A DNA stretch of 64,000 nt. Origin: Takakia lepidozioides. Lineage: Eukaryota > Plantae > Bryophyta. The notes below the pieces were generated by a model. That model was not told the DNA's origin. It did no database searches and saw nothing but the letters and a program-made list of their open reading frames with translations. The position numbers and the translations under genes were made by a program. The DNA is taken from assembly GCA_030704615.1 (NCBI GenBank), contig CM060731.1, forward strand, positions 90,148,001-90,212,000, in the 5' to 3' direction. Positions 1 through 11,204 of the stretch are shown piece after piece; the stretch's first letter is position 1, and every line of letters begins with the position of its first letter.

Positions 1-1
1 G

Positions 2-180
2 GTGGACGTCTATGCCAAATGTGGGTGCATTAAGGATGCAAAGGGAGTTTTCAACATTATGGCTGAACCAAATGTGGTGTCATGGAACGCGATGCTTGCA
101 GGGTATGCACATCAGGGACATGGTATGGAGGCTTTGGAGACCTATGATCAAATGATGGGGGAAGGGGGGGCACCTTCTTC
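2..180 (+). pseudogene. PLS-class pentatricopeptide repeat (PPR) fragment, open at the window edge
   Basis: VDVYAKCGCIKDAKGVFNIMAEPNVVSWNAMLAGYAHQGHGMEALETYDQM is a typical S/P PPR motif pair; similarity is lost after about 180. Confidence 0.85.
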
Positions 181-329
181 AATAGCACAACGGCTACAAG
201 TGGGTAGATGGTCAACTGGAAACAGCAATGGCAGCAGCACAATTGATAGAACAAGGCCCACTGCTAATGAAGGTACCTTCTTCAATATATTTCACCCTGT
301 TTTCCCCTGCTACCAGAGTCGTCCCTAAA

Positions 330-1542
330 TTTTCATGTTGAATTCTACAAGTTAGCTCGTTGGTGGATCTATGGTGGTGTTGGAGAACATACATGTTGAC
401 AAGGGTGTTGACAAGGGTGTAGAGTAGAAAAAACATTTGGCATGAATCCACTTTGGATAATGTGAGTGTGCACCTGATTCCAGCTTCCAGACCTAGAGCC
501 TTTGTCAGTCTGTCTGCCTCACAAAGCATCTTCACATGCCCCGCAGAAAAGGCATCGTGGACTCCCTCTCTTGATCCTCTTTCAGAAGCTGCGGTCATGG
601 TTGAGGACATGCCTGATTTTATCAACTGTGTCGCTGCAGCTATTGCCTTTAATTGACCATCTACCCATTTAGGTTTCTTGTAGCTATTGATCCACATGGA
701 ATCACAGGTAATCTGGAGCTTGAAGTCCGGCCCTCTTGGATGAATCTGGACCCACACTCTATCCCTTCTCCTTCAGCTATCCATGCCTCTACACAAATCA
801 TGCATTCATCTTTGCCCTTGCTGCTAGCAGCTGACAATGACAACCTAGGAAACACCCAATCACACTAGTTCCTATGTTGAATTGCGTCTGCTACTCTCTG
901 AATAGGCACTCAACTTTTTGCCTCGGTTGTTCCACCATTCATTGGGGTCAACAAAGTATTCATTCCACACCTTCTCCTCATCTTTGTTATCTGTTTTGGA
1001 TACTTTCCTGCTGCCACATCGGCAGTTACTTGTCATAGTCATTCCAAACCACCACAGATCCACCCAACGAGCTAACTTACAGAATTCAATATGCATCTCA
1101 GGGCCGAGTCTGATGAGAGGGCAAAACAGGCTGAAATAGGTCGAAGAAGAAGGTGTCCTCACCACATTGTCCTTGACAATTCAATATGTAAATTCAGGGC
1201 CGAGTCTAATGAGAGGGAGAAACAGGCTGAAATAGGTCGAAGAAGAAGGTGCCCTCACCACATTCTCCAAGGCCTCCATACCACGCCCCTGCAAGCATCG
1301 TGTTCCACGTGATGAAAGATCGTTGAGGCATTCTGTTGAACACTTGGTGAGCATCCATGATGCTCCCGCACATAACATACATGTTGACAAGGGTGTTGAG
1401 TAGAAAAATATTTGGCGTGCACTTGGGATAATGTGAGTGTGCACCTGCTTTCTAGCTTCACTTGGCCTTTCATCTTGATGCACTTATGCAAGAGACAGAC
1501 ATACGTATCTGAATCTGCTGAAATGCCTCCTTGGTTTAAAGT
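330..1542 (-). pseudogene. Degenerate PPR gene remnants carrying an OSB-type PDF motif
   Basis: Frameshifted PPR pieces (DTYVCLLHKC, LVNMY, GRGMEALE) plus PDF-motif halves EKVWNEYFVDPNEWWNNRGKK (about 915-980) and PRGPDFKLQITCDSMWINSYKKPKWVDGQL (about 650-740). An ~80-bp direct duplication lies at 1091-1170 and 1190-1265. Confidence 0.7.
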
Positions 1543-1700
1543 GGGGGGTGCTATTCTGTGAGCCCGGAGGCGTGAGCCTGTGAGCCCAGGAAACCGTGAG
1601 CCCAGCACAGGCTCACGCCATGTCAGCATACATACAGGGCCTATTTCCGCGGGTGTCACCTATTTCCGCGGGTTGATCAGCCATTTCCCGGGAATGCAGA
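1543..1700 (+). mobile_element. Putative G-rich end of a Mutator-like element
   Basis: GGGGGGTGCTATTCTGTGAGC abruptly interrupts the PPR frame and is followed by GTGAGC repeats and CAGGCTCACGCCAYGTCAGCA, which is shared with the TSD-delimited element at 26779. Confidence 0.6.
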
Positions 1701-1789
1701 GTGGATATGTTACATCCATTGTATCCATTGCATCCATGCAAACGTTATCAACATTCCAAGTCCTCAGAAGTTTATGTGGGTACGTCGTG

Positions 1790-1930
1790 AGGAGGTGCAC
1801 ACTGACATGATCTAAAGCGGAACCTTGCGAAATCTTTTCTTACTCACCACCCTTGCGAACATGCCAGGTATGTGCGGGAGCATCATGGATGCTCATTAGA
1901 TTTGAGAATGCCTCACAGCTCTTTGATGAG
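1790..1930 (+). pseudogene. Inverted PPR fragment
   Basis: 1869-1895 is an exact 27-nt reverse complement of 1348-1374 (MCGSIMDAH), with further similarity on both sides. Confidence 0.65.
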
Positions 1931-2631
1931 GTGGACTTCACCGTGATGGATTCACCAACCATTCATCTAGCAGGAATGGTTTGGAGACCAACGAGCAACT
2001 GATGCGAGAATGCTCTACACGAATCAAAGTCGTTTGTTTGTATTTGCAATGCACTCAAGTCTGTGAGGTCCAGAGAACACTAAATAGAATGAAGGAACAA
2101 TCCGGGCAGTCCATGCAACCCCCATCTCCAACAATAGTTTGTTCCCATTAATGTGCATTCCACGCACACATTGCAAACAGGACAACAAGGACACACAACC
2201 ATCCTATTTCAAATTTGGCCCCGAATAAAACGAAAAGAAAACTTCATATCAAGTGTCACAGTCATCAGAATCAGTCTCGACCTCCTGTGCTATGTCATCC
2301 ACAAAGATTCTGGCCCCAACACCACGTCTTCTACCACGGCCGTGGATAGGTGGACTCCGAGTGCCATGAACGGCCATGCTTGTTGCGAGTGCCTCCGCAT
2401 AGACAGGTAGCACGCAAGACCGAGGAGGACTGGAAAGAAGTCCAAACAGGTGTGATAGCCCTGGAGGGCAAGTGGAAGCACGCGGACTCCTGCACATGTC
2501 GACAAAAACCCATTCAGAACACAATATGCAATACACAAGTCCAACGAAGAGGATGTCTGCCATGTGAACTTTGCCTCAAGAAGAGTGATTCTCGATATTG
2601 AAACAACAATGCAAGCATGCACAGGTTGAAC

Positions 2632-3691
2632 TTACTCACAGGCAAAGTCGGAGTCCAGCTCCTTGTCGGAAGTCTCCTCTGTATCAATATCAGCGGGACG
2701 GGGCTTCGGAAGGACTTGAGAAGTGTGTCCACCCAAACCCATAAGGAGGTTGTTGTAAATCTCAGCATCCCCTTCAATCCCAAAGAGATGTCGGGCACTG
2801 GCCTTGCAAGCGTGGTACGAAGCACCTGCAGTGGAATAGAATGAAGGAAGCAGACATTGAAGACACATATGGAACGGTGGGAAGTACTGAAAGTGCAGGC
2901 TCAATCAAACCTCATGAAATGTGAATGTTGAAGAGACGAACCTGTGCCCATCGACAAATCCAGAACTCTAGCGTCTGTGTAGGTGCAGCACTCCACAATC
3001 GTTTGAATGAAAGCCGGGCTCCTCTCCCTCGCCCCTCTCCAAGGAACCCCATTCCCCCTTCGCAAGCACACGTTGCTGTCGACGTGGTTGTGATGCATGT
3101 CATCCGTTGGAGGATCTGTCCTGTCGTCTATGAACTTGCCCCCATCAGTGATGGCGAACTCCGAAATGCCGGCCGGAGTCGTTGGTGGATGCACTCGGAC
3201 GAGACAAACAGCTTCAAACAAACGAGTCTGCGAACAACATATTCAGAAGGAACTAAGAAGCTTAAAAAATCAGGCCCCTACATATGAGATCGAGCGACCT
3301 ATACAACTCCATCCGAGAACCACCAAGAAGAGGAAGAAGAAGGTAAATTTACCATCTCTCCCGGACGATCCCCCTTCGTAAGGTACATGCTGTTCACACA
3401 ATTCCATGTCTTCAGGACTCTCATGCCCGAGGCTTTCAAATAGCTGGCAAGTGCACGGCGACAGCGAACGTCGCCGGACTGTATGAGCACCAAAACACCT
3501 GCATCGGACAGGAAAAAATTGCAAAAGGAGAAAACCCACCGCCAGTAGCGCTCATCAAAAGCATTCCAACCCGGACAAGCACCCGATGGAGGGACATCCG
3601 GGACTGCCAACCCATCAGGGATGTCCAAGATTATGAGTTCGGCTGCATATTGCTTCTCCTTCCCGTTCACCCAGGATTTGGTCATTTTAGC
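2632..3691 (-). other. Amino-methyltransferase (N6_N4_Mtase-like) domain, three exons
   Basis: Motif order IV...X-I-II is that of beta-class MTases; the catalytic (D/S)PPY position reads DIPD. Confidence 0.75.
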
Positions 3692-6341
3692 CTGCAAACA
3701 AAATTACAATGGAATACTCAAGAGGATTGAAACAATCCATGCCAACTGCAGAGAACATGCAAAAGAGAACACGCACCGTGCCGAGGAACTGTACAATCCT
3801 CTCCCACACTGGTGATGGCTCGCCCTTGTAATCAAATTTCTTCGACTCCATCATGGCAAGGAATCCAACGTTGGCCATCTCCAACCTGGTAGGGCGAATG
3901 ACCCTCGTCGGATGTTCCACTGCATGGTACGGGTCCTTGGGATCAACCACCCCCTTGTTCTTTCTCACGGATCCCCTACCATGCGGTGGAGTCTGCTGGA
4001 CATGCACCACTGGGCCAATATCTGCAACACTTCCCTGCCCTTATGCCACCTTCCCTCTACCCCTTCCTTTCCCCACAACACCAGCAACATCTTTCCCCTT
4101 TGCCTTTCTACCTCTACTCGGGGTATCCTGAGCGGGAGGCTCCTTCTCTGCAAGAGTCCTCAAATTTCGCTCATGAATGTCGAGGTCGGCTGCTGCGGCA
4201 GTGGCTGCAATTCGCTCATTCTCTCTCCTCAAAGACACCTCCGGAGCTGGGGTCTCAGAAGGAGGGCAATCCAAATACCAACCACAAGAAGATAGATGGT
4301 CTGGGCCCCAGTCATGCAAGATCCCAGTAGTAAACATAGTCTGATTTCCAGCAGGGACAAGCCAGAGGTCCACGAAATCTGGATGTTTGTCCAAACAATT
4401 CTCTTCCATGAGAACAAACTTTATGTACCTGCAGGAACAAAGACAGCCTCATTATGCAATGCAAATATTGTCTCTCAGTTTTTCCATCACATTCCCCTTA
4501 AACTGTATGCGTCACAGTACATTGCAACCACAGGACACCAAGTAAACTGAACTGCCCAGGGAGTGCACCTGTAAAGGCATCGTTTCCAGGCTTCCTCTCC
4601 TTTTTCTTGCTGGTCAAGGTCATGTGTTCGACTGATGCCACCCTCCTTGCTGAACTCTCTAAAGAAACAAGAGTGCCACACTGTGGCTCTCCATTTCCTC
4701 ATGTATGCTTCGAAGGAGACCTTCGGTGCTGTCATAGTGATGCCATAGTCAGCCAGCTGAGTATGCAGAACCGACCGTGCCCTTTCTTCCAACTGCAAAA
4801 CAATTCAAATGCAAGAATGAACCCAAAAAAATCACTGCAAATGTGAGAGGCAATGGAAAGAGAAGGACAGGAAAAGAGAAAAGAAAGTGACACAGGAAAG
4901 GACAACACACCTGGCTCCAGTAAGTGGCCTTGTGAAGCCATGTGTCCAGCACATTGCCACTAACTGGAATGACACGCTGGGTCTTCTTCACTTTCTCCGG
5001 CCTGGGGAACATGTGTGTATCCCTAAGTGTGGGATCGGAGTTCCATATCTGTAGCCACTTCACCTTCTGTTCTGAAGACACAACGGCGGTAGACAACCTG
5101 TGTAACTTCTCCTGGGCCATCTCTGGCTTGCCTGGCTTGTTATAATGGTTTTTTATCTCCAAGAGAAACTGCGCTCCGAATGATGGGTCAGCAATTCTCA
5201 ACTGCTTCACAAAAGCACTCATTATAGTCCTTCTTGTAGCGGTCATCTCTTTTTGGATGTGAGTCTCAACCCCCTTTGTTGTCATTCTCTCCTCAGGGGT
5301 TGACCTGTAGTATTCCAGTTTGCCACGCTCCCCTGCATCTGCAATGTCTTGCTGCAAGGGAATGCACGAGAGTTGCATGAACCGAAGGGCAAGGGAAACA
5401 AACAGAAACAAACATGTGGAAGCAGGACTATGGAAAGGGCAGATGAAGGAAGATGTATCTCACCGTGTACATGTACTCCATGAAAGCCTCGCGTGTCAAC
5501 GAGTACCACGTTTCCGATGTCTTGGAGCTTTCGCACTTCTTGTACGTCTCCGCTGAAAGGATGGTCTTGAAGTTGGTCAAGGGCATCTGCCCGATCCTTT
5601 GTATCCTATACAGTGTGTGAACCAGACTCGTTTTGACATGCGATGTCTCCGTTCCTCTGCAGAATGATATTTGAAAGTCAGAATGAAATTCAAGGACTTT
5701 AATCAAAGAACCAAGGAACTGCAAGTGGAACAGGTAGAATGAGAAACCAACCTGTTCACATCATTCATTGCCGTCAGAAGACTCATCATGTTCCCCTCAC
5801 AATCCAGCACCATCGATCGAACAGAGTAATGCCACTCTTCCTCCTGTGAGTGCAGCCTCCCAATAACAGCCATCCATGCAAGCAATCGGTGGTTCCCATC
5901 CCAAACGTGAAACATCTTCCCCGAGAATGCCTGGGTGGAAGGTTTCCTGGACAGAAGAAGTTCGAAGGATTCGTTCACCTGTCTCCAAATAGGATCCCAG
6001 GAGTCCACGATTGACTCATCCACAAGGAGCTCATTGCCAGTGGAATCCTTTGTACAAACGTAAAACACCGCGGATCCATCCAAATACCCATGAACAAACT
6101 CGGCCTCTAGCTTGAGAATGTCCTTGATGAGGGGTGGTCGAACGACGGGCATGGAAACCATCCTACACACGGGAATCTTCAACCTCCCACCCGGGGCAAG
6201 CATACTTTGCACCACAAGCTGAGAGTTTACCTTCAAACCCCCCAGCATCTCAGCGGCTTTGCTTTCATAGAATTCATCGTCAACATCAACAATGATATCC
6301 TTCCCCAGTCCCGAAGGGATCTCCTCCGCCACACTTTGCAT
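2632..6341 (-). CDS. Multi-exon ParB/Srx-like domain plus beta-class N4C/N6A DNA methyltransferase fusion (about 970-1050 aa; one in-frame TAA, so possibly a recent pseudogene)
   Basis: Phase-compatible GT-AG exons 6341-5752, 5656-5464, 5351-4911, 4792-~4569 (donor uncertain), 4428-3777, 3691-3353, 3227-2942 and 2825-2632, with a possible extra exon ~2430-2249. ParB motif WDGNHRLLA. MTase motifs LIILDIPDG (IV), FLSDAGVLVL (V/VI), RERSPAFIQTIVECCT (X) and RVLDLSMGTG|ASYHACKASARHLFGIEGDAEIY (I-II, joined across an intron). In-frame TAA at 4043-4041. Confidence 0.8.
5752..6341 (-). other. ParB/sulfiredoxin-like N-terminal domain exon
   Basis: VRPPLIKDILKLEAEFVHGY...FHVWDGNHRLLAW matches the GxxRxxA ParB signature. 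An AG acceptor at 6349-6348 suggests a further upstream exon. Confidence 0.75.
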
Positions 6342-6439
6342 CTTCTCCTGTAGGGTTGTCCATTCAAATTGACATAAGAGTGAGGCATAAGACGAGGGTG
6401 TTTGAGCATGGCAAATAGGCCATCTGTGGTAGAAAAGGT

Positions 6440-8069
6440 GAGCTCAAACAGTGTGCGTTGACGCACACTGTTTGAGGTGCAAGGTAAGTGTTCATTGAAC
6501 CGTAAGTGTTGAAAGAACACTGTTTGAGCTGCCAGATAAGTGTTTATCGGTCCTCAGAGACATGCCCTATGTGGCCCATTCTCAAATGAAAAAGGCAATG
6601 ATAAGGGCAGCTCAAACAGTGTGCGCCAACGCACACTGTTTGAGCTACCAGGATAGTGATGATTCAACCACTAATTCAAACCCTATGTGGCCAATTTTCA
6701 GATGACAAGTGCAATGACATGGCAGCTCAAACAGTGTGCGTTGACGCACATTGTTTGAGCTGCCATGCAACTGATGATTGAACCTCCGAGACCTGCCCTG
6801 TATTGCCGAATTTCACAGTGGAAAAACAAAGACAAGGTGTGCTCAAACAGTGTGCGGCAACGCACACTGTTTGAGCTGCGAGATAAGTGTTCATCTGTCC
6901 TCAGAGACATATGCCCTATGCGGCCCATTCTCAAATGAGAAAGGCAACGATAAGGGCAGCTCAAACAGTGTGCGCCAACGCACACTGTTTGAGCTGCCAG
7001 GATAGTGATGATTCAACCACGAATTCGAACCCTATATGGCCAATTTTCAGATGAGAAGTGCAATGACATGGCAGCTCAAACAGTGTGCGTTGACGCACAC
7101 TGTTTGAGCTGCCATGCAACTGATGATTGAACCTCCGAGACCTGCCCTGTATTGCCGAATTTCACAGTCGAAAAACAAAGACAAGGTGTGCTCAAATTCG
7201 AACCCTATGTGGCCAATTTTCAGATGACAAGTGCAATGACATGGCAGCTCAAACAGTGTGCGGCAACGCACACTGTTTGAGCTGCAATGCAACTGATGAT
7301 TGAACCTCCGAGACCTGCCCTGTATTGCCGAATTTCACAGTGGAAAAACAAAGACAAGGTGTGCTCAAACAGTGTGCGGCAACGCACACTGTTTGAGCTG
7401 CCAGATAAGTGTTCATCTGTCCTCAAAGACATGCCCTATGTGGCCCATTCTCAAATGAAAAAAGCAATGATAAGGGCAGCTCAAACAGTGTGCGCCAACG
7501 CAAACTGTTTGAGCTGCCAGGATAGTGATGATTCAACCACTAATTCGAACCCTATGTGGCCAATTTTCAGATGACAAGTGCAATGACATGGCAGCTCAAA
7601 CAGTGTGCGTTGACGCACACTGTTTGAGCTGCCATGCAACTGATGATTGAACCTCCGAGACCTGCCCTGTATTGCCGAATTTCACAGTGGAAAAACAAAG
7701 ACAAGGTGTGCTCAAACAGTGTGCGGCAACGCACACTGTTTGAGCTGCCAGGATAGTGATGATTCAACCACTAATTTGAACCCTATGTGGCCAATTTTCA
7801 GATGACAAGTGCAATGACATGGCAGCTCAAACAGTGTGCGGCAACGCACACTGTTTGAGCTGCCATGCAACTGATGATTGAACCTCCGAGACCTGCCCTG
7901 TATTGCCGAATTTCACAGTGGAAAAACAAAGACAAGGTGTGCTCAAACAGTGTGCGGCAACGCACACTGTTTGAGCTGCCATGCAACTGATGATTGAACC
8001 TCCGAGACCTGCCCTGTATTGCCGAATTTCACAGGGGAAAAACAAAGACAAGGTGTGCTCAAACAGTGC
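6440..8069. repeat. Array of 13 long palindromes, GGCAGCTCAAACAGTGTGCG-N4-CGCACACTGTTTGAGCTGCC, period about 116 bp
   Basis: Full copies begin near 6440, 6607, 6721, 6840, 6955, 7070, 7243, 7362, 7475, 7590, 7709, 7821 and 7940, plus half copies. Loops are TTGA, CCAA or GCAA. Three related spacer types (A, B, C) form an ~350-bp higher-order unit. Confidence 0.95.
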
Positions 8070-8308
8070 CCAATTTGGCCGTTTTGGCTACACTTTTTGA
8101 GCTTCTTGTTCGCGGTTGATGCAACCTGCAGAGATGCCGTGTGCAGTCTATGTTCATATCGACATAGAATCTCAACTTGGGTTCACATCAGCAAATGAAG
8201 CACAAAGATGGGTTCCAAAGATTGAACATTTTTTTTGGCTGCTCCAGAAGACTCCCCAATCGCCGGGGACCCTTTGCGCTTCGGACTGCTCTCCACGCCT
8301 CTTGTGTT

Positions 8309-8626
8309 CTAGAGCATCTCCCCCATCCTCTCTTCCACTATTAGGTTCTTTGTGAGGCCAGCGTCAACATCATCTTCGGCGTCTGCCTCTCCCTCGGATG
8401 CAGTGTCCTCCTCATCTGTTCTTGGAACTATGGTAGGCTGCTGGTCTTCCCCGGATTCCTGCTCTTCCATCGCCGAACTTGTCTCTTTGCCCTCTTCTTC
8501 CGCCTTTTCCTCTTCGGCCACTCTTTCCATCCTCATTCTATATCTGGCTCTATTCCTGTTTCTAGAGCTCGTGAAGTACAATGATTTCCTTCTCTTCCTC
8601 CTCCGCTGGAAACAAGGGCTCCCCAC
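8309..8626 (-). other. Basic/acidic low-complexity ORF, possibly a 5' exon of the ParB-MTase gene
   Basis: RRRKRRK NLS-like run followed by an E/D-rich tract; same strand as, and upstream of, the ParB exon acceptor. Confidence 0.35.
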
Positions 8627-9092
8627 GATGCCTCTAGAGCTCTCCAGTTTGACGTTTGCAACAAGGGTTGCTATTGCATGTAACCAAAATCAAAATAGGA
8701 CATTGTCAACCGTATTTGGATGCGGGTGTTGTTATTGTGTGCGAACGGAATTCATCCATTTCGGCGTCTTTGTATTATTCAAGAAATAAAGTGCCAGAAA
8801 ATATGTGCATACGTTGCATGTACTTGTGATATATGTCAGATGTACTTCGCCGCCTGCCAATATATGGCGGCCTTCTGGAATGGTTTCAAATTCGGAAGTG
8901 CCGCACAAATCTAATGCTAGTTCAATTTGGAGTAGTTCTTGCAGATTCCCCATAAATGTTGTGCTTCACATATGCATCCACGTGTTTCGTACTGCCTGCC
9001 CTGTGCTGTGCATTTTGCCGTCATCGTCGCCATGGGGTCATTCGGTATAAAGGGTTGTGTCGGAAATGATCTTGTGTTGCACACATCCGTGC

Positions 9093-10682
9093 GAGGTTTA
9101 CTATTTCATGAGCAGAAACCATGAGCCATGAGCCATGAGCCGCATGAGCCGCATGAGCGGTGAGCCGAAGTCTAAGATACGCGGATTTCATGAGCGGACT
9201 CCTCCAAATTTGGAAATGCGGCAGATTAAACAAGTATTAAAATAATAGTTTTTTAATTTGACCTTGCCGTTTTTGGACGTTCCAGATCATGTAATGCGGC
9301 GAAGATATGTCGTCAGTAACAAGTCCGCTCATGGTTTTATAGATCCGCTCATGGAAATAAGTGACCGTGCAACGGGAAATCCAGTATACCACTGCAAAAG
9401 GACGTCGCATACTGGCCTGTATAGAGTATTCCGCGGTTTTACATGCCTTAACATTGGAATGAAGCTGACCCTTTTGCCGCGATTGAACCAATGGAGTCTG
9501 CACCAATACAGTCTGCAGTACTTCACAATTCTGTCTTCTTCGGGTATTCGGCGGGAAAGGTTTGCAACTGAACTGGGAAATAGGGTGCCGCATTAGGGTT
9601 CGCACGTGCGAAATTTCGGAGCGGGTTGGTGTTGGCGAAGGCCGCCTCTGGGGGTACCTACGACGATACTTGGAAATTCGGCGCCGCATTTCCTTGTCGG
9701 AGGTCGAATGAGGAGAGCAAGTTTTCGGAAAGCAGAAAAACATGAACCCTCCAACATACAAAAATACATGCACGTGGAAACAAGTGAACGATATAGTAAT
9801 ATCTTAGTTCGATCAAAACAGGTTACTGGTAGGCAAGACATATGTCGGACCTTTGTGTGGCCAGAGTCTGAGGTACTGGCAGCAGTACAGTTCTACTATC
9901 CGATGGGCGTACCATTGTATGTGGACCGCAAGCCAAGCTCACTGGTCCCCTGGATCCATATTCAGAAGAGTGTGAACCTCCTGGGGGCTCAACCCTGGTG
10001 CATGTATGAAGTGATGAGTTGTGGAATTACAACGGAGTCTCTTTAGGTACACGTAGTACAAATGCTTGCAAGGGCAGTATGATGCCCCCTTGTTCGCCAT
10101 GATCTGGAAGTCGGTGCAATTGCAGGTGGGTAATTCTGAAATGGTGATGGTGTACACCTCATTGCGAACAGCTGAGCCCGCCGTGGCCATCTGATACACA
10201 CGCCCGAATCTTGGTGGGGGCACTTCTGTCGAGCTCTGGATTGTACAGTTCATCCGAAGTGCATTCCCCATCCTTGTCTCGTTCACTTTTGAGGGAGGTC
10301 GCCGCCTCTTCGGTTTCCCCCAACGGTGTGTAGGATGCTTAGAGCTGTCGTGTCCCATTGTTCTTGCTCTCACAGGGGTCGGTGGTGGAGGCTGTGGAAG
10401 CGGAAATGGATGTCTGGGCACGTCAGTGCGCTGCACCATCCGAAATCCTGCGGCGGTAAGGGCGTCGGCCTCAACCTGACTCACATCGCAGCCTGGTTCC
10501 ACCGGCCACACCGGGGGAGCCTCTGGCATTGTCTGTATGCCGTACTTGGGCTTTCCATACACGCAAGTCATAATGTCGTGCCTGCAGAACCAGAACTGGG
10601 TGGTTGTCGCCTCCGCAAACTTTGCATGGACAAATCTTCCTGTAAAAGTAGGAGCAGGGACAGCCCCATCTGGATTCCTCCT
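9093..10682 (-). mobile_element. 3' part of MULE-like element 1 (copy A), cut by the assembly gap
   Basis: Near-identical reverse complement of 16183-17763; ends in GAGGTTTACTATTTCATGAGC followed by CATGAGC repeats. Confidence 0.85.
9939..10682 (-). CDS. C-terminal part of a MULE-like transposase with a SWIM zinc finger (partial)
   Basis: Open frame ending YTITISELPTCNCTDFQIMANKGASYCPCKHLYYVYL (CxC...CxH). Confidence 0.85.
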   Translation of the reverse strand, partial: RRNPDGAVPAPTFTGRFVHAKFAEATTTQFWFCRHDIMTCVYGKPKYGIQTMPEAPPVWPVEPGCDVSQVEADALTAAGFRMVQRTDVPRHPFPLPQPPPPTPVRARTMGHDSSKHPTHRWGKPKRRRPPSKVNETRMGNALRMNCTIQSSTEVPPPRFGRVYQMATAGSAVRNEVYTITISELPTCNCTDFQIMANKGASYCPCKHLYYVYLKRLRCNSTTHHFIHAPGLSPQEVHTLLNMDPGDQ

Positions 10683-11182
10683 NNNNNNNNNNNNNNNNNN
10701 NNNNNNNNNNNNNNNNNNNNNNNNNNNNNNNNNNNNNNNNNNNNNNNNNNNNNNNNNNNNNNNNNNNNNNNNNNNNNNNNNNNNNNNNNNNNNNNNNNNN
10801 NNNNNNNNNNNNNNNNNNNNNNNNNNNNNNNNNNNNNNNNNNNNNNNNNNNNNNNNNNNNNNNNNNNNNNNNNNNNNNNNNNNNNNNNNNNNNNNNNNNN
10901 NNNNNNNNNNNNNNNNNNNNNNNNNNNNNNNNNNNNNNNNNNNNNNNNNNNNNNNNNNNNNNNNNNNNNNNNNNNNNNNNNNNNNNNNNNNNNNNNNNNN
11001 NNNNNNNNNNNNNNNNNNNNNNNNNNNNNNNNNNNNNNNNNNNNNNNNNNNNNNNNNNNNNNNNNNNNNNNNNNNNNNNNNNNNNNNNNNNNNNNNNNNN
11101 NNNNNNNNNNNNNNNNNNNNNNNNNNNNNNNNNNNNNNNNNNNNNNNNNNNNNNNNNNNNNNNNNNNNNNNNNNNNNNNNNN
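10683..11182. other. Assembly gap (500 N)
   Basis: Run of N. Confidence 1.
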
Positions 11183-11204
11183 GCGTCTGATGAGTTGGAG
11201 CGAG

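Noticed and set aside
2632-6341. Bacterial or phage contamination
   Set aside because: The gene has multiple spliceosomal introns with consistent phases and is contiguous with plant sequence.
6440-6480. Literal bacterial parS site
   Set aside because: Contains AAACA/TGTTT but in the opposite arrangement to TGTTTCACGTGAAACA; only an analogy is claimed.
6440-8069. CRISPR array
   Set aside because: Spacers are reused and mutually homologous, there are no cas genes, and the context is intron-containing eukaryotic DNA.
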